DNA from: Perkinsus olseni
Taxonomy: Eukaryota
DNA length: 47,445 nucleotides
Assembly (NCBI GenBank): GCA_013115125.1
Contig: JABANN010000249.1
Coordinates: 1 to 47,445, forward strand
Direction: 5' to 3'
A program made the translations under genes and the position numbers. Below are positions 22,405 to 34,833 of this stretch, piece after piece; position 1 is the stretch's first letter; each line of letters opens with the position of its first letter. The notes below the pieces were generated by a model that was not told where the DNA came from, ran no database searches, and saw nothing but the letters and a program-made list of their open reading frames with translations.

Positions 22405-23685
22405 TTAACCGAGTAGTTGCTCGGCGAGATTATGAATGAAATCGCCAGCGCCCTGGGGTCCAAGGTCAGACCCACCCTCGTCATCACTTGGCTCCTTCGG
22501 AGGAGCCTCGATGGCGGCAGCGCAGCCGAGGCTGCTGTACATGTGAGCGATCAGACCACGTGTCTCCAGCATCACCACGTTGCGGTCCGGATCGAAGGTG
22601 AAGTTGAGGCGACTGAATCCCAGCCAGTTGATTTCACGTAACACGTCATTGAGCGCAGAGTTGATAACATCGACGGAGATCACCACGCGGTCGGACTCCT
22701 CGATAACATCATACCTCGCACCTCCGGCCAGTAAGTGGGCGCCTTTGTAGAGAGCTGCCAAAGTTGTGGTATGCTGGTCCTTGAAGCTGAGTGACATCCT
22801 CGCCGTGTTGGAGTAAACGCAGAAGTCCCCGAAAGGGCGGCAGCGGTGACTACAGTTGGCTGTTGGCTTTGCTGTGGAAGTCGGAGGTGCGGAAGTGCTG
22901 GCAGGAGTGAAGGTTTGAACTCGCTTGAGGGTAACCACACGTAACTCATTGAGGAGGAGTGATATCACATCGGCTTTCGGGTCGTAGCCCAAGTTCATGT
23001 AGAAGAAGTCATTCGACAGACCAGGGAACCTCCCGTGCAGTCCGTGCAGCTGATTTTGCGGTATGAGAACTCTGATGAGGCTAGAACTGATCACGAAAAA
23101 GTTTACCTCGAACGGGAAGGAGTACTCGGCATTGTTCTGCACAATGCGGTAGAGGGCACGGCCGCGCTCCTTCCAGAACCCCATGGTGACTTCAAGCCTC
23201 GAAGATGGGAAGAAACCGTGAGTGTCGCTGATCTCATCCACGCTTTGATAGATGCCATCGGGGGATGTAGTTGTAACATTGCCAGCGTCTTCAGCCGGGT
23301 CCGATTCGTGCAGAAGCTCGAAGGACGCGCCAGCGGGATTAACGGTGATTCGGTTCAGCACCGGGTCGTAGAAGAAGACCGTGAGTCCCACCTCGTTGAA
23401 GGCCCCCGGATGATTTTGCATCCAGAAGTCCATTTGAATCCTGGGAACGTTCACAGCGACGATGGAAGACGCAAGCATCGAAGTCGGGAAAGAGGCCAGG
23501 GTATAGCTGTCGTGCTGAGGGGTGTAGATCTTGTACTTTACGGTGGAATCATTAAGGAAGTATAGCTCCGCTCGGACTTGGGCGGTTGTCCAGTTCCTCG
23601 GAGTATACAAACCCCGAGGAGCCTTGACGCTCTCTGCGCCAACCACACTGCATAGCTGCATAACGAGGATGTAGGGTAAGAGCAT
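22405..23685 (-). CDS. Secreted protein with three diverged repeats of a beta-rich domain of about 110 aa
   Basis: Signal-like MLLPYILVMQLCSVVGA; repeats start PRGLY / PDGIY / PFGDF and end YDPVLNRITV / YDPKADVISL / FDPDRNVVML; S/T/P linker. Confidence 0.8.
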   Translation of the reverse strand: MLLPYILVMQLCSVVGAESVKAPRGLYTPRNWTTAQVRAELYFLNDSTVKYKIYTPQHDSYTLASFPTSMLASSIVAVNVPRIQMDFWMQNHPGAFNEVGLTVFFYDPVLNRITVNPAGASFELLHESDPAEDAGNVTTTSPDGIYQSVDEISDTHGFFPSSRLEVTMGFWKERGRALYRIVQNNAEYSFPFEVNFFVISSSLIRVLIPQNQLHGLHGRFPGLSNDFFYMNLGYDPKADVISLLLNELRVVTLKRVQTFTPASTSAPPTSTAKPTANCSHRCRPFGDFCVYSNTARMSLSFKDQHTTTLAALYKGAHLLAGGARYDVIEESDRVVISVDVINSALNDVLREINWLGFSRLNFTFDPDRNVVMLETRGLIAHMYSSLGCAAAIEAPPKEPSDDEGGSDLGPQGAGDFIHNLAEQLLG

Positions 23686-25071
23686 GATGAAGGTGGGAGG
23701 GACAACTGAATGGCCCGTTCTGCGCTTCACAGACTGATCTTGGCTGTGTGTGAGTGTTGCTTCTCCGTTGTTGCTCATAGTCAACGCAAGGCGAGAAGGA
23801 GTGTAAAGTCTTCTACTCAGGTATTCGGGGGACGGGAGTATTAGCTATGCGCGCATGCACAAGACGATCGGCGCACAACGAGTGACAGTGAGAGAGTTAA
23901 GCTAGCTCGATCCACGAGAGCAGATTCCCTTCTGGTTCATAACTCACGCCTTTGAACTTCGAATCGAGGCCCACTGATCAGTAAACTAATTCTGAAACTC
24001 AGAATCGAATCTGGGATTTATTCTACTCAGATTCAATTTTGCGTTTTTGAATCAGTCTAGTGACCGCAGATACTCGAAGTCCTTGGCATTCCCGAGTAGG
24101 GGATGGTGGACGCACTCCCGAAAATTCCCGGGTGAGGATCAAACTTTCTTAGCAACCTCATGTGACTCCATAGCATTCGAACCGGCCCTGGAAAGAGGCA
24201 ACTACTGTAAACGCGGGTGACGCATCTTACAGCGAAGCTAGCATCTCGCACGCAAATCGGTTGTCTAAGGAATACAGTTGGAAGTTGCTGTATGCAAAGC
24301 CTGCTTTTTATAGCGGTACATTCTCCCCCGACCACTATAGCCGGACCCCGACAAGAAGACAGAGCCCTATTGGAACTAATGCTTGTTGTTTGAACGTCCC
24401 TACTGTCTGTCTGTTAGCATTCAACCCTCGTCGTCTCCGACTTGGGTGGCGCCGTTCGTGGGTCGCTATGTCACTGACGTTGCTGAAGAAGAAGGCTGGA
24501 GAGACCACTGGTCTTAGGCGTGTAAGGCGGTGCACTTTGACCAGAGAGACGTTTCCCGTGTACCGCTCGACGTCTGAAGGAGCAGTTTAATCGAGGTTGT
24601 TAAATTGGTCCAAAAACCAGGACAGATCCTAGAACTGATAGTTCCCTGCCGAGAGTGACATAGAGATCAAGTTTAAGAGTCAGGACCGGTTGAGAGAACA
24701 ACCTCGCTATCTCTGATGATGCGTATCCCTAAACGGATTCCCCTGCAACTAACGAAGACAAAGGAATCGGGAATACGAGGGTCTCAGGCCCGGGGGCCAT
24801 GATCCCAGGGTGGTACAACACTTCCACGAAAATGAATAGCGTGATTACTCGCAAGAGGTTGAGTATTCCTGCGACTACTGGGAAGACTCTCGCTTCCTTT
24901 CCTTCTATTCTCCCCTTTCCTTGTGACCTCGACTCCAACGAAGCTCCAAGAGTTTACTAAAGCAGCACATCATTCACATCGTTCTACCTTCGACGACGTA
25001 CATCCTGGCATGTATCAACTACCTGAAAGCAGATGATCTCTTGAAGCCAGTTTCCTTGCTTGGTTAGTCGC

Positions 25072-26217
25072 TTAAAGGTGTGTAGACTCTACGCCAGCAC
25101 TAGGTGTCGAGTTTCCCTTGCTGTTACTGATGAAGGACAGCAGCTTGTTATCGAGGTCGAACTTCACGTTGTATGCCCGGAAAAACGGGTGCCCGAAGGA
25201 GGCACTTCTGAGGTTTCTCGGACGGATATTCATTCGGCACCACACGGCATCACAGGAGTGGACATAGTGCTTCGGCTCCATTCTGATTTCGATAGTATTA
25301 GGCGGATCTCCGATTTTGTAGCCGAGTGTTGGTAAATAGGGAAGAGCTTCCTTCCTCACCATACGGAGCAAGCCGTCCTCTTCTTGCAGCTGCTTTTTCT
25401 TCTTGATGCTCGACCGTGACCTTTCTCTGCACATCGCACTCCAAGTAACATCAATAATCTTGTCAAAATCTCTCTCAGAGACGTATACTGACGAAGCCCC
25501 GGAGTCAACCAGAGCAGGCTTCATCTCTTCGCTCCTACGTTGCGCATTCAACTGCTCTCCAAGAGAGTCTAAAAGCACCAGTGGACCAGCAGGGACGGCT
25601 ATTTTCGCGTGACCAAACATCAGGTCCCTGCTGAAGGGTATGTACGGCGCTTTGGCCGTCTCTGAATCGTCAAGGGTTAGCTTGCCTGTGATCGCGGGCC
25701 CTTGTTCGCTAGCATGAATGGAGTACGAGAGGGTGTCGATAACCCTTCGTTTCTTGAGCTGCTCCAAGAACGTCTCTGGGATGGTGGAGCGACCGAGCGA
25801 GAGACCCAGAAGGGCAGCGGAAGTCCTGTGACGACTGGGGTGTTTCATGACTAATCCGAAACTGAAGTTCTCAAGTGTGTAGTTGCCGATGCCGAGCGTC
25901 ACAGTGTGTTTAACATACTTGTACAGGTCATCAGACCCCAAGGCTACCGTCCATACCTTTCTCGAGAGTATATCATCACAAGGGTTCTCCGGGGGACAGA
26001 AATAGCATCCGTAAGGGCTCCTGCCACAGCTGTCTTTACCGAATACTTCTTCATACACGGGGCCGTAGAAAGCGAAGCTCCTCGCACTTCCGGAATCCAC
26101 CCAAAAGTTGAGTATCTGACCGTCCAGGGTGAGGGCTACGTGCCCTCTCGTGAACGGAAGGCTGATCGGCTCAGGTTTGACGAAGACGCTGAATGCCGCT
26201 AAGGGAAGGCTGCGCAT
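25072..26217 (-). CDS. Pepsin-like (A1) aspartic protease, intronless
   Basis: Two catalytic motifs VDSGS and LVDSGAS; ALLGLS; FGHPFFRAYNVKFD. Confidence 0.88.
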   Translation of the reverse strand: MRSLPLAAFSVFVKPEPISLPFTRGHVALTLDGQILNFWVDSGSARSFAFYGPVYEEVFGKDSCGRSPYGCYFCPPENPCDDILSRKVWTVALGSDDLYKYVKHTVTLGIGNYTLENFSFGLVMKHPSRHRTSAALLGLSLGRSTIPETFLEQLKKRRVIDTLSYSIHASEQGPAITGKLTLDDSETAKAPYIPFSRDLMFGHAKIAVPAGPLVLLDSLGEQLNAQRRSEEMKPALVDSGASSVYVSERDFDKIIDVTWSAMCRERSRSSIKKKKQLQEEDGLLRMVRKEALPYLPTLGYKIGDPPNTIEIRMEPKHYVHSCDAVWCRMNIRPRNLRSASFGHPFFRAYNVKFDLDNKLLSFISNSKGNSTPSAGVESTHL

Positions 26218-26873
26218 TGTTAACAGACCAAGGGGCAAGGAGTAGGCTCTTCAACTAAAAATGGCATAATGCTAGCCCGTAAACGCGAACGACTCCAACG
26301 TGCTTCAGGTAATTATTGCTGGTTATGCGTCAACGTGACACAAGGCAGGTCGGACGCGAACCGGTCAAATGCGACATTCAGATTCTCTGTTATTTTGTGT
26401 TGTCGAGACCGGAAAAGCTATGTGGAGGTCTTACTGAGTGCACTTGGCCATGGAAAATCAGCAGCGCTCGAAAACTGCCCCTTTCTGTCTCATCATGATA
26501 GCGCGCGTCCGTCCAACTTCTGCGAGTAGACCGGAGCGGTAGGTTGAGTGTTGTTCAGGCTCACAGAGCTGCTACGATTTAACTCGTCTCGTAGTGCTAA
26601 ACAAGCTCACTGGCGGACACTCGTACAACACAGATTGCAGTTGATTTTCGACGGTGATTTTTCGGAAAGTTCTGGTATACAAGAACTCGAGTATGGTATA
26701 CGCCGGAATTGCTATACAAGTCGCTACCCCGAAAGGAGCCTCTTGATAAGCTATCTGATAATCGCTTGAAGACTTCGTGCGCTTCGTGCTGTGGACCCGC
26801 TCTACGATAACATCCCTCGCGTTGATGAAGCAGCCTGACATGCATTGCTAATAGACCGCCTTATCACGAGTAA

Positions 26874-29621
26874 ATGGCAACTAGTCACTCTAGCCGGCGA
26901 ATATCGGCCCAAGATATCGACCGGATGGCCGATGCAGTCCTGGGCATGGGCGAAGACCAAGAGGGAGATGGTGGGAGCTGTGCAGTGAGGAGATCCACTT
27001 GATTGTTCCAGCTCAGGATGGGCAAACTCTTGTGCTCGAGATCATTCCGGAAGGCCAGCATCAACGGCTGCTGGAGCGAGGCTTGTCCGCAGAGGTGGAT
27101 CAGCTTCTCCTCTGTCTTTCTTTCTGCATATACCACCGAGTTCGGTGATTCATCCTCAATCTGGATCGCCACACGCTGAGTCGCCATTTGGAAGATCGGA
27201 AGCCTTGCGAAATAGGTTCCTTCGTGACCACAGATGAGCTTTAGTGTAGAACTACAGTATTGTGTAGAATTGGCGTGACAGCCGGCGTCGCCTTTTGTGC
27301 TGACTCAGCACTTCTGAGAGACGTGACGATTGTACCATATACAGCATGATACAAGGAAAGCTCCGATCGATGAGCTCAAGAGAAGCTACAACATCGGCCT
27401 GCATATTCAACGTTAGAATGTCGTTCAGACCCGTCAAGACCGATTCCGAGGACAGCTGCTTCCGCCAAACCGGGCGGACCGCACGTAACTTCAACACGAC
27501 CGCAGAGCCTTGCTGGAAAAGTGACAACTATAGAGTGATGACCGCGGCTCTGGTGATCGGCTGGGATGTAGGTTCTCAATGGAAGGGAGCGTTTGCAGGA
27601 TAGAGAGAGTCTTGTGGAGAATGCAGGACTGCTCAGGAGAGAACTCCGAGAGATCGAGCAGGAGGCTCAGGTGAGAGTTGAAGGCCGCAGAATATGGGCT
27701 GTAGCCTGTCTATCCGAGAGCCACAGTAATCTTGGCTCAACGAAGAATGACTGGCTTCCAGAGATCCGTTTCGACCCCCGCTTGAGATTCTCACGCTCCA
27801 CGACTTGAGCCCAGCAGTAGAAATGTGGGGCTAGAGAAACTGACCAGTGTGGCGCAATCGGCACCAAAAACTGGAGAAGACCACTTTCGAATCGATAGCA
27901 CTCTATCATCTCGTTCAATGTGGTCCGCCTCATGCTTATCATTATGAGTACCTTTAGCGCCGGGAGTCCTGGCGAGTTACTCCATCTAATTGTGCTCAGG
28001 AACTGAATGTTTCGACCTGTGAAGCAGAGAAGAACAACATAAGAAAGGACAGACTAATCCTGGAACTCCTCCAAAGCGTGAGTCAAGCGGTGAATAATCG
28101 AAAGAAATGAGCGAATCTGGGTGTTGGAGACGGCCGGGGCAGGTGTTCTCGGTTAGGTACGGATCGGAGGAGGTCAGAAGGTCTCCGGTGGAGCGGTGAA
28201 GGCAGCGGAGCTCGAGGAGGCTCTGAGCGACATAATGGCGGCCCTGGCCGAGAGAAAGTTGGTGACCGAATATCGCTTCCTCAATTTTCCTTTTTCCCAA
28301 CTATTCCAGTTCGAAAGCGCGGGACCTCTCCTTTCAAACGGGGTTTATTCTTCAATTGGTATGTCTGGGGCTCCACAGTCGGTTCCTTATTGGAGGTCTT
28401 TTATATAGCATATCGTTATGAATATTAACGATGTCCGTGAGTCTATAGCCCAACGCCGATTCCGGCTTAGTTAGACTTATGTTGAGCCGATTTGGCCAAC
28501 CGATAGTCTTTATCGTCGCGGCTCTCCTTCCATTGGGGAGCCCCGCAGTCACCCGATCAACAGAACGACGCCGTGATTTTCCGCCCAGAGTGGATTGGGT
28601 CGGAGCGGGATTGCTGCGTTATATAGAAGCGGGTGGATGTAGCGTCCCTTAACTTCAGACGAGCGATGGATCTCCGGCTTCATCTAGAGTCGAAAGAGCG
28701 TCAATTGGCTGTACTACGCGAGGAGCTGAAGAAAGCAAAGCCGCAGGATGTACGCGCGGATCCTGTCCCGAACTGGATAGTCGGACGCCTTCAATTGACG
28801 CTAATGAAGCTCCTCTTTTCGACCGCTCCTCTTTTCAGGTCGAGGGTGAGATAGCAAGAGCTCAACGCGAGGTTGATCGAATGATGGAGCGGGTAAGATA
28901 CTTTCCGCCTGACTGACCCTGGCCGCCGCCCTCCTCGACTTCTCGAAGCCCAGCGTTCGGAGATCCGTGAAGAATTATGTGATGAGAGCTTGGTCGATGT
29001 CGCACGTCAGCGAGCACAGACAGGCTCCTACATGTCGTGTACTGGTATCAGGTGTATCATGCGCAACTGCGAGGTCGGGCTGATGATGATGATGATGCGA
29101 GAAGTCGGGTATATGACGCTGAAATGGAGTGCGGCAGACTTGAGCGGGAGAAAGTGAGTGAACTACTGCAACTGTCTCAGGAGGGAGATGTGACCATGAC
29201 TGAGCTCTACTCTTGAATGGTTCTGAGGGGCGAAATTGAGAGTGTCGGAGAAGTTACTGGCTCCGTTAGAGTGGGTATCAGCTTCTCCTCAGTTGGTGGT
29301 ACAAGCTCGGCTTACTAAGCTCGCATCCGAGCGGAATGGCATGCGCTTGGAAGCGGAGGAATACCGGAGTCAGGCCAAGCGTGACATCAGGGAAAAGAAG
29401 CAGATTGAAAAAGAGGTGATTCTATCGCCCAGGCAGTGGCTTGGCCTTTCGACCGCCTTTGCCTCTCAGCTTATCGCACATCCAGTGATGGTCGTTATGA
29501 TAGGGCTATTCAGATATCAGAGTCAGAGAAGCGTCTCGCGGAATCCCAGGCCTTGTCGAAGGAGCTGGAGATGGCTGAGAAGGAGCTCGAGCAAGAACGA
29601 GAGAAAATACGTCATTTGTAA
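26874..29621 (+). CDS. Multi-exon long coiled-coil protein (may extend to about 30300)
   Basis: ATG 26874 (MATSHSSRRISAQDIDRMADAVLG) followed by GT-AG-bounded E/K/R-rich exons: LRRELREIEQEAQ, LESKERQLAVLREELKK, LEAEEYRSQAKRDIREKKQIEKE, SKELEMAEKELEQEREK. Confidence 0.6.
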
Positions 29622-30649
29622 GTGTCTCAAAGCCACCGAAGTATTGTATCTCCTGAGTTCATAGCGCGCAGTTGATAAGACTCCCACTGAATCAGGGCAT
29701 TGATAAGCCAGTCTTATCGTATCATACCCTTCTTATCATAAGAAGGTGTCTCACAACTTCTTTCAGCTTCAAAAAATATGAAATTTTGTGCCGATTTTAT
29801 TCAAGATTGAAGAAAGAAATTCCAAGTTGTACGCACCGAGATTTTCTATCATCGTTTTCGTTTCCGCATAAACTCACACTTGAGAATTTTTTTGTTTGGG
29901 GAGGGCGATGATGGGGAAGGAAAGAATGACCATGACGGGTGGGATTTAAAGGCTGTTCGAGGAAACTGCGCGGTCGTCTCTGCGGAAAGCTCTCTCTGGT
30001 CAAGGGCTAGATGGGGTGGGAGGGCGGGCTAGATGGGGTGGGAGGACGACTCTTCGGCAGGCAACAGCAGCTGGAGTCCCAAGAAATGGCGGCGCAAGAA
30101 GCCCATGATGCTGCTACAAGACTGCGACCTCAACCGGGAGAGCAGCGACACAGAGGACTGGATTGGCCTGTGCCCAGCTCGCTCATCCTCCCGGACCCAG
30201 TCTTCGCTAGAACCCATGCTTCTGATGATGAGGAGGAGGTCATCCTAGAACACGTGAGGCCTCGAAGACGAGTCGATCAGTCGATCTTTTTGAACTATCT
30301 AACGCTAACATCATGTGATGAGTGCTTGGCTGCTTTGTCCTCGCGGAGAGTCGGAATGGGGCCGTCGAGGCTACTGCCGTGTCGTCTCATTATAGCGGCT
30401 AGGGCGGGATGACTTCAGTCGACTGTGACTTGTGTACTACGCAATAGACTAGGGTGGAGTAGTGAGTTGCTGTGAGAAACCCGAAAAAGGCAGACGCTTA
30501 GAACGCTATGGGAAAGAAGAACATTGCGACTGTCTTGAGCAAATCAAGCTAGAATAGTGTGAAAAAGGACACAAAATTTTATTAAGTCTGGACAGAAAAT
30601 TGCGATTTGGATAATGCACTGCTCTCTGTCTTCTCGCATACAGTATTGT

Positions 30650-31199
30650 ATGCCCGTACTTGGTGGTCAGGTTTTGGACTCTAGCCAGCTGGACCCCCGA
30701 GCTAAGGAGTGTCTATGGTTACTCAGAACTAACACTGGTAAGCACCACAGTTTGGCCAGGCGGCTAGCGGCAGCGGACGCCGACGGCGACGGACTACTGA
30801 CTGTGGACGAACTGATTGAGGTGGGATTTACTACGGCGAGTCCGTTAGTGATAGATGGGACTCATCTGTCACAGGTGCTTCCTGCTAGACCAAAGCCTGT
30901 GCGGTCGGTTGTGAACAACCTGTGCGATGTTGTGAGCAGAGCTGGAAGTGAGTCTCTTGCTCCGCTGAAGAAGTCTCAGTGCAATATTGTGCTTCGGTGT
31001 TGTCGCCAATCTCGAACTCGATTGAGGTCCTTCGTTCTGGCACTCGGTCTGCACTCCCCTCGAAATTCTGATCAGAAAAAAGTGCTTGGCCTTGCCTCGC
31101 GATTATATTATGATGGAAGTTGGAAACGACGTGCACGAGATGCTTAGTGCCTCTTTTCAAACTTCTCCCTGGGAATCACACGGTGTCAATCATAATCAT

Positions 31200-31230
<31 letters not shown>

Positions 31231-32815
31231 GTCACTTGTATCAAGATACAATCAGAATGAGTTTTAGTCGTTGACCCTAAGGAGAATCGAGACAATAACA
31301 CCTACGTAGGACCTAGGATCGTCACCTTTTTGTTAACTGTGTGAAAACTAGTAACAGGGCAATATTTCCTGTACTAGGCGGATAAGCTCTATACAGCTCT
31401 CATGCTGACGGAAGGTTCTCACAATCTGCCACCTTCGGAGTGGTTTGGTTCGCGTTGGTAACTTCGTGTTATATGATTGCAGTGTTAGTCTGCTGGTGAG
31501 CAGCGTAGCTGAGAGAGCAACAGCAAGCTTGCTCAACTTTTCCTCCGGTAGAGTTGACATCAATTCTTTCATTGAAGGCTTCTTTAGTCATGAATTGGGA
31601 ACTCTGCAGGCGCAGGTACCAACCCCGGCATCCGGGACCAGGATGGCCATCCCCTTGTGGCCTGGGTTGACTTGCTTCTCTTGGCCGATCAAGTTGGGAA
31701 GCCTCCCGTCGACTCCGAGAGGCTGGTATATCTGGAGAGCGTTAAGATGGAAATTTGGATGTCCCTTGTCCAGGCGCGGTTGCAAAACTGGCTGGTTTGG
31801 AGGGCGCGAAAGAACCAGTTCAACGTGGCTGAGATTCTCAAAGCCTTCGAGAACCGAAGTGCTATTCACCGCCTCGCTGCGATTTGGTGATGGTGTGGTA
31901 GGTGGCCCTGATGACTCGGAACTCCTCGGGTTCCTCACGAATGAGCTCGGAATCAGCAGAGATGATGCGAAGTTCCTGGCAGCGTCCGAAAGCCTGTGAG
32001 ACCATACGCGGCTTCTACTACTGACGAGGGTTCTGCTGTCAGGCTGGGAGATGCTTTCTATTTGACGCTACCTTCTTGGTATGCTCCAGTCACTGCAGAG
32101 GAGCTCTGCTGGATATTGGAATCTTTCTTCGAGGCGGTAGGCCTTTGGATTGAGGATGATAAGCGTGCCAGGCAGAAGACTGCTGCAGAGCATAAGAGTG
32201 AGAAGGCACTGTCGTTGTTGCCATTCATGGTCAACGCGAGACGGGAAGCGGCGTGAAGTCTTGCTTTCAAGCTTAACATCTCGAGGGGAATCGCATACAG
32301 TCGGCACCTATTGAGTATCACTCGCTGACTCATCTCATCGGATGACGCACTCGAGGACAACGTTTGTTGATGGCCTTATAGAAGAGTTCTGCATGAAGAG
32401 ACACTCCACTGGCTGCGAGGCTGGTGATTCGAAGTTGCATCCTGAGCGTGCTCAGGTACCTTCGTCACCAGGCGGTCACTGCCAACGCTACTGCTAGCGG
32501 CTGCCTCCGAGATTGATAACTCATCCAGCAGCGGAGATATCCCCTGCTCAGTGTTTGCGGACTTAATTACTCGGCTGAAACTAGTGGATTCTGAGGATGA
32601 GGCGGCAGTGATAACAAGCACGTTGGCGAGGGATGTTAGCGACCCTGAGAAGCTGGCGAACACTGGGGTGGGCTTATCGTCTCCAGTGTGCTGTGACTTC
32701 ATTAGAGTCCCTTCCCTCTAAAAAACATCGAACTGCAGGCTATTTTGTTCTGTTCTGTAGGTCAACGTATTCGACTTGGAGAACCATTACGCGAAGGAAA
32801 CATGGAGGAAGCTGA
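30650..32815 (+). CDS. Multi-exon hypothetical protein with an EF-hand loop
   Basis: Canonical 12-residue loop DADGDGLLTVDE at 30776-30811, then exon-like segments (AWVDLLLLADQV...FENRSAIHRL, YLTLPSWYAP..., ...ITRRKHGGS*); exact structure unresolved. Confidence 0.5.
31188..31230. repeat. (ATC)10 microsatellite preceded by AATCAT units
   Basis: Direct observation. Confidence 0.9.
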
Positions 32816-33430
32816 TGACGAAGTGTCGCCACCTGGGAAAATGATTTTGCATGGCACGCGCTGAGCTACTCGTATCTCACAGAATTGCTGTTGTTGAGTA
32901 TCCTAGTCAGCTTGGAGTGCACAATTATGTGCTCGGTTGTCAAAGTTCTGTTTCGAAGTGATTCCAGGAATTCGTAAGTGTCAACTAATCCCGCCATTAC
33001 ACTCTTCTCTGGCATGATAGGAGCCCAAGATGGAATTCTAACTGATGACCAGTTCGTAGCAGCTTAAAAGCCCGTGAACAGATTCTGCGGCTCACAGCAG
33101 ATACCCAGACAACAGGTGGCACGGCAGCCTTATCAAGTGTGATGACTTTCACCGAGTAAGCGAGAGTAACTATCAGAAAGTGAGAGTTTACACATGACCG
33201 GCATCGGGACAGCGTAACACAATGGGGGGCAACGGGGGCAACGGGCGGGCGACGGACCAGCGCAACCGTAAGATTTGGATACTTACGGTTATTTGAAGCG
33301 TAAATGGCGGTGATCCCAGAGTCTCAGTGACTGCCACTTGTTACAACTTGATTGTTCGTCCTGAGCGGACGAATGCGGGTTAGTCATTCTTCCCTTCTCA
33401 GTATTGGTTTAACGCCTCTCTCCATCGAAT

Positions 33431-34303
33431 ATGCGCACCGTCATCTCCACCATTTTGGTTGGCCGTGCTGCTGGTATGACTGCCAGCTCGGTTGATAAGG
33501 TTGGGCCCAAGGGTGAATACTGTGAGAGTTCCTGCGCCCAGACCATGGGCTGCTCGGAGTCCTACTGCAAGGATAATGGAGTCTGCTTTGGCCTCCACCA
33601 TAAGGACGATGGCAAATGCTTCCAGCCTGACTCTGAGTTCAACGTTGACTGTGACGACTCCGTGTTGAAGCCTGTCCTCTGCCATGAGTATCCCGACACG
33701 ACGTGTCAGGAAGTGTGTGATGGTATGGCCGGGTGCAAGGACTCATCGTGGGGCTCCTACTGTAAATTCTGGCAGGACCCTCCGGTGTGTTTCGGCATCA
33801 TCACCAAAGATGATGGCAGCCTCTGCCACGCCAGCGATGACGATGAGTGCGTAGGTGAACCCTATCCCTGCCACATGGCAACTGTTGGCCCGACTAGTTC
33901 TCCCGACAGCACCGACGCTGTCACTACAGAGGATATGACGACCGAGTACATTCCCACCAGTCCTGTGGTCAACACCACTGTCTTGGAGGACACGACTGTT
34001 GTCAAGTCAACCACCCAGCCCGTCTCGACTGATGACATCATCGGAACATGGTGCGGTGACTCCCCCTTCGGCTACCTCGAGATGATCTTCGACACAACTT
34101 ACGTTTCTCTGTATGTGGCTGGCCAGTATTTCTATTCTCAGTATAACGTCAACGAGCGAGAAATAGTTTTGGTCAACCCTGATGATAATTTGGCTACCTT
34201 TTTGCGTGAGATGAACTCTCAGATTATTACTGAGTATCACGCTTATGAGATGTATATCGAATTTGTGGAGGTGACAACTGTTGTCGCTGTCAAATGTTCC
34301 TAA
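33431..34303 (+). CDS. Secreted Cys-rich protein, copy 1 (two Cys domains, Thr-rich stalk, C-terminal beta domain), 290 aa
   Basis: Signal-like N-terminus; C..C..C..SYCK..VCFG..C..C..C motif twice; T/S/P-rich linker; duplicate at 45640. Confidence 0.85.
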   Translation: MRTVISTILVGRAAGMTASSVDKVGPKGEYCESSCAQTMGCSESYCKDNGVCFGLHHKDDGKCFQPDSEFNVDCDDSVLKPVLCHEYPDTTCQEVCDGMAGCKDSSWGSYCKFWQDPPVCFGIITKDDGSLCHASDDDECVGEPYPCHMATVGPTSSPDSTDAVTTEDMTTEYIPTSPVVNTTVLEDTTVVKSTTQPVSTDDIIGTWCGDSPFGYLEMIFDTTYVSLYVAGQYFYSQYNVNEREIVLVNPDDNLATFLREMNSQIITEYHAYEMYIEFVEVTTVVAVKCS

Positions 34304-34833
34304 ATATTTGGAGTAAGTTATTATCTTAGATAGTAGTATTAGTTATTTTTAAGTTGACTCGAGCGACAGGTATCGCTGATAGTTTGGTGGCAGATGTGCA
34401 GTGTCGAGTTGTTCAAGTGGTTTGCCGGCATGTTAGAGAGATGTTGTTAAGCTCACGTCAATAGTGATGCTGGGTCTGTTTTACCGCTCGACACTCCTGT
34501 CGAAACCGCAGTAGCATTCCGTGCTTTTGATCGTTGAAATTCTAGAGGAAGTTGGAGAAGCTCCAGTTGGCTCAAAAATCTTTAAATCGATCTCCAGCTG
34601 TAAAGTAGTCGAACTGATGGGATGAAGTGTTCGTGACGCGTCAGCACCGTTTGGACGTAGTTGAGCCATTGTTGTGTTGAGCGCTCGTCCCACTGTGTGG
34701 ACGAGACCACGAGGAGGTTTACACAGCAGACACTTCGATATGATCCTACACTGGAACGCATCACCATGGGTTTGCTAAACATCATTCACATTCATTTCCA
34801 CGGCAGTCTGCGTTGATATATGTGACAGTTTCA

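Noticed and set aside
27722-27742. ATCTTGGCTCAA resembling the 3' part of the Perkinsus spliced leader
   Set aside because: Only about 12 nt match, the ACCGTAGCC 5' part is missing, and no GT donor follows; the similar hit near 36200 is weaker.
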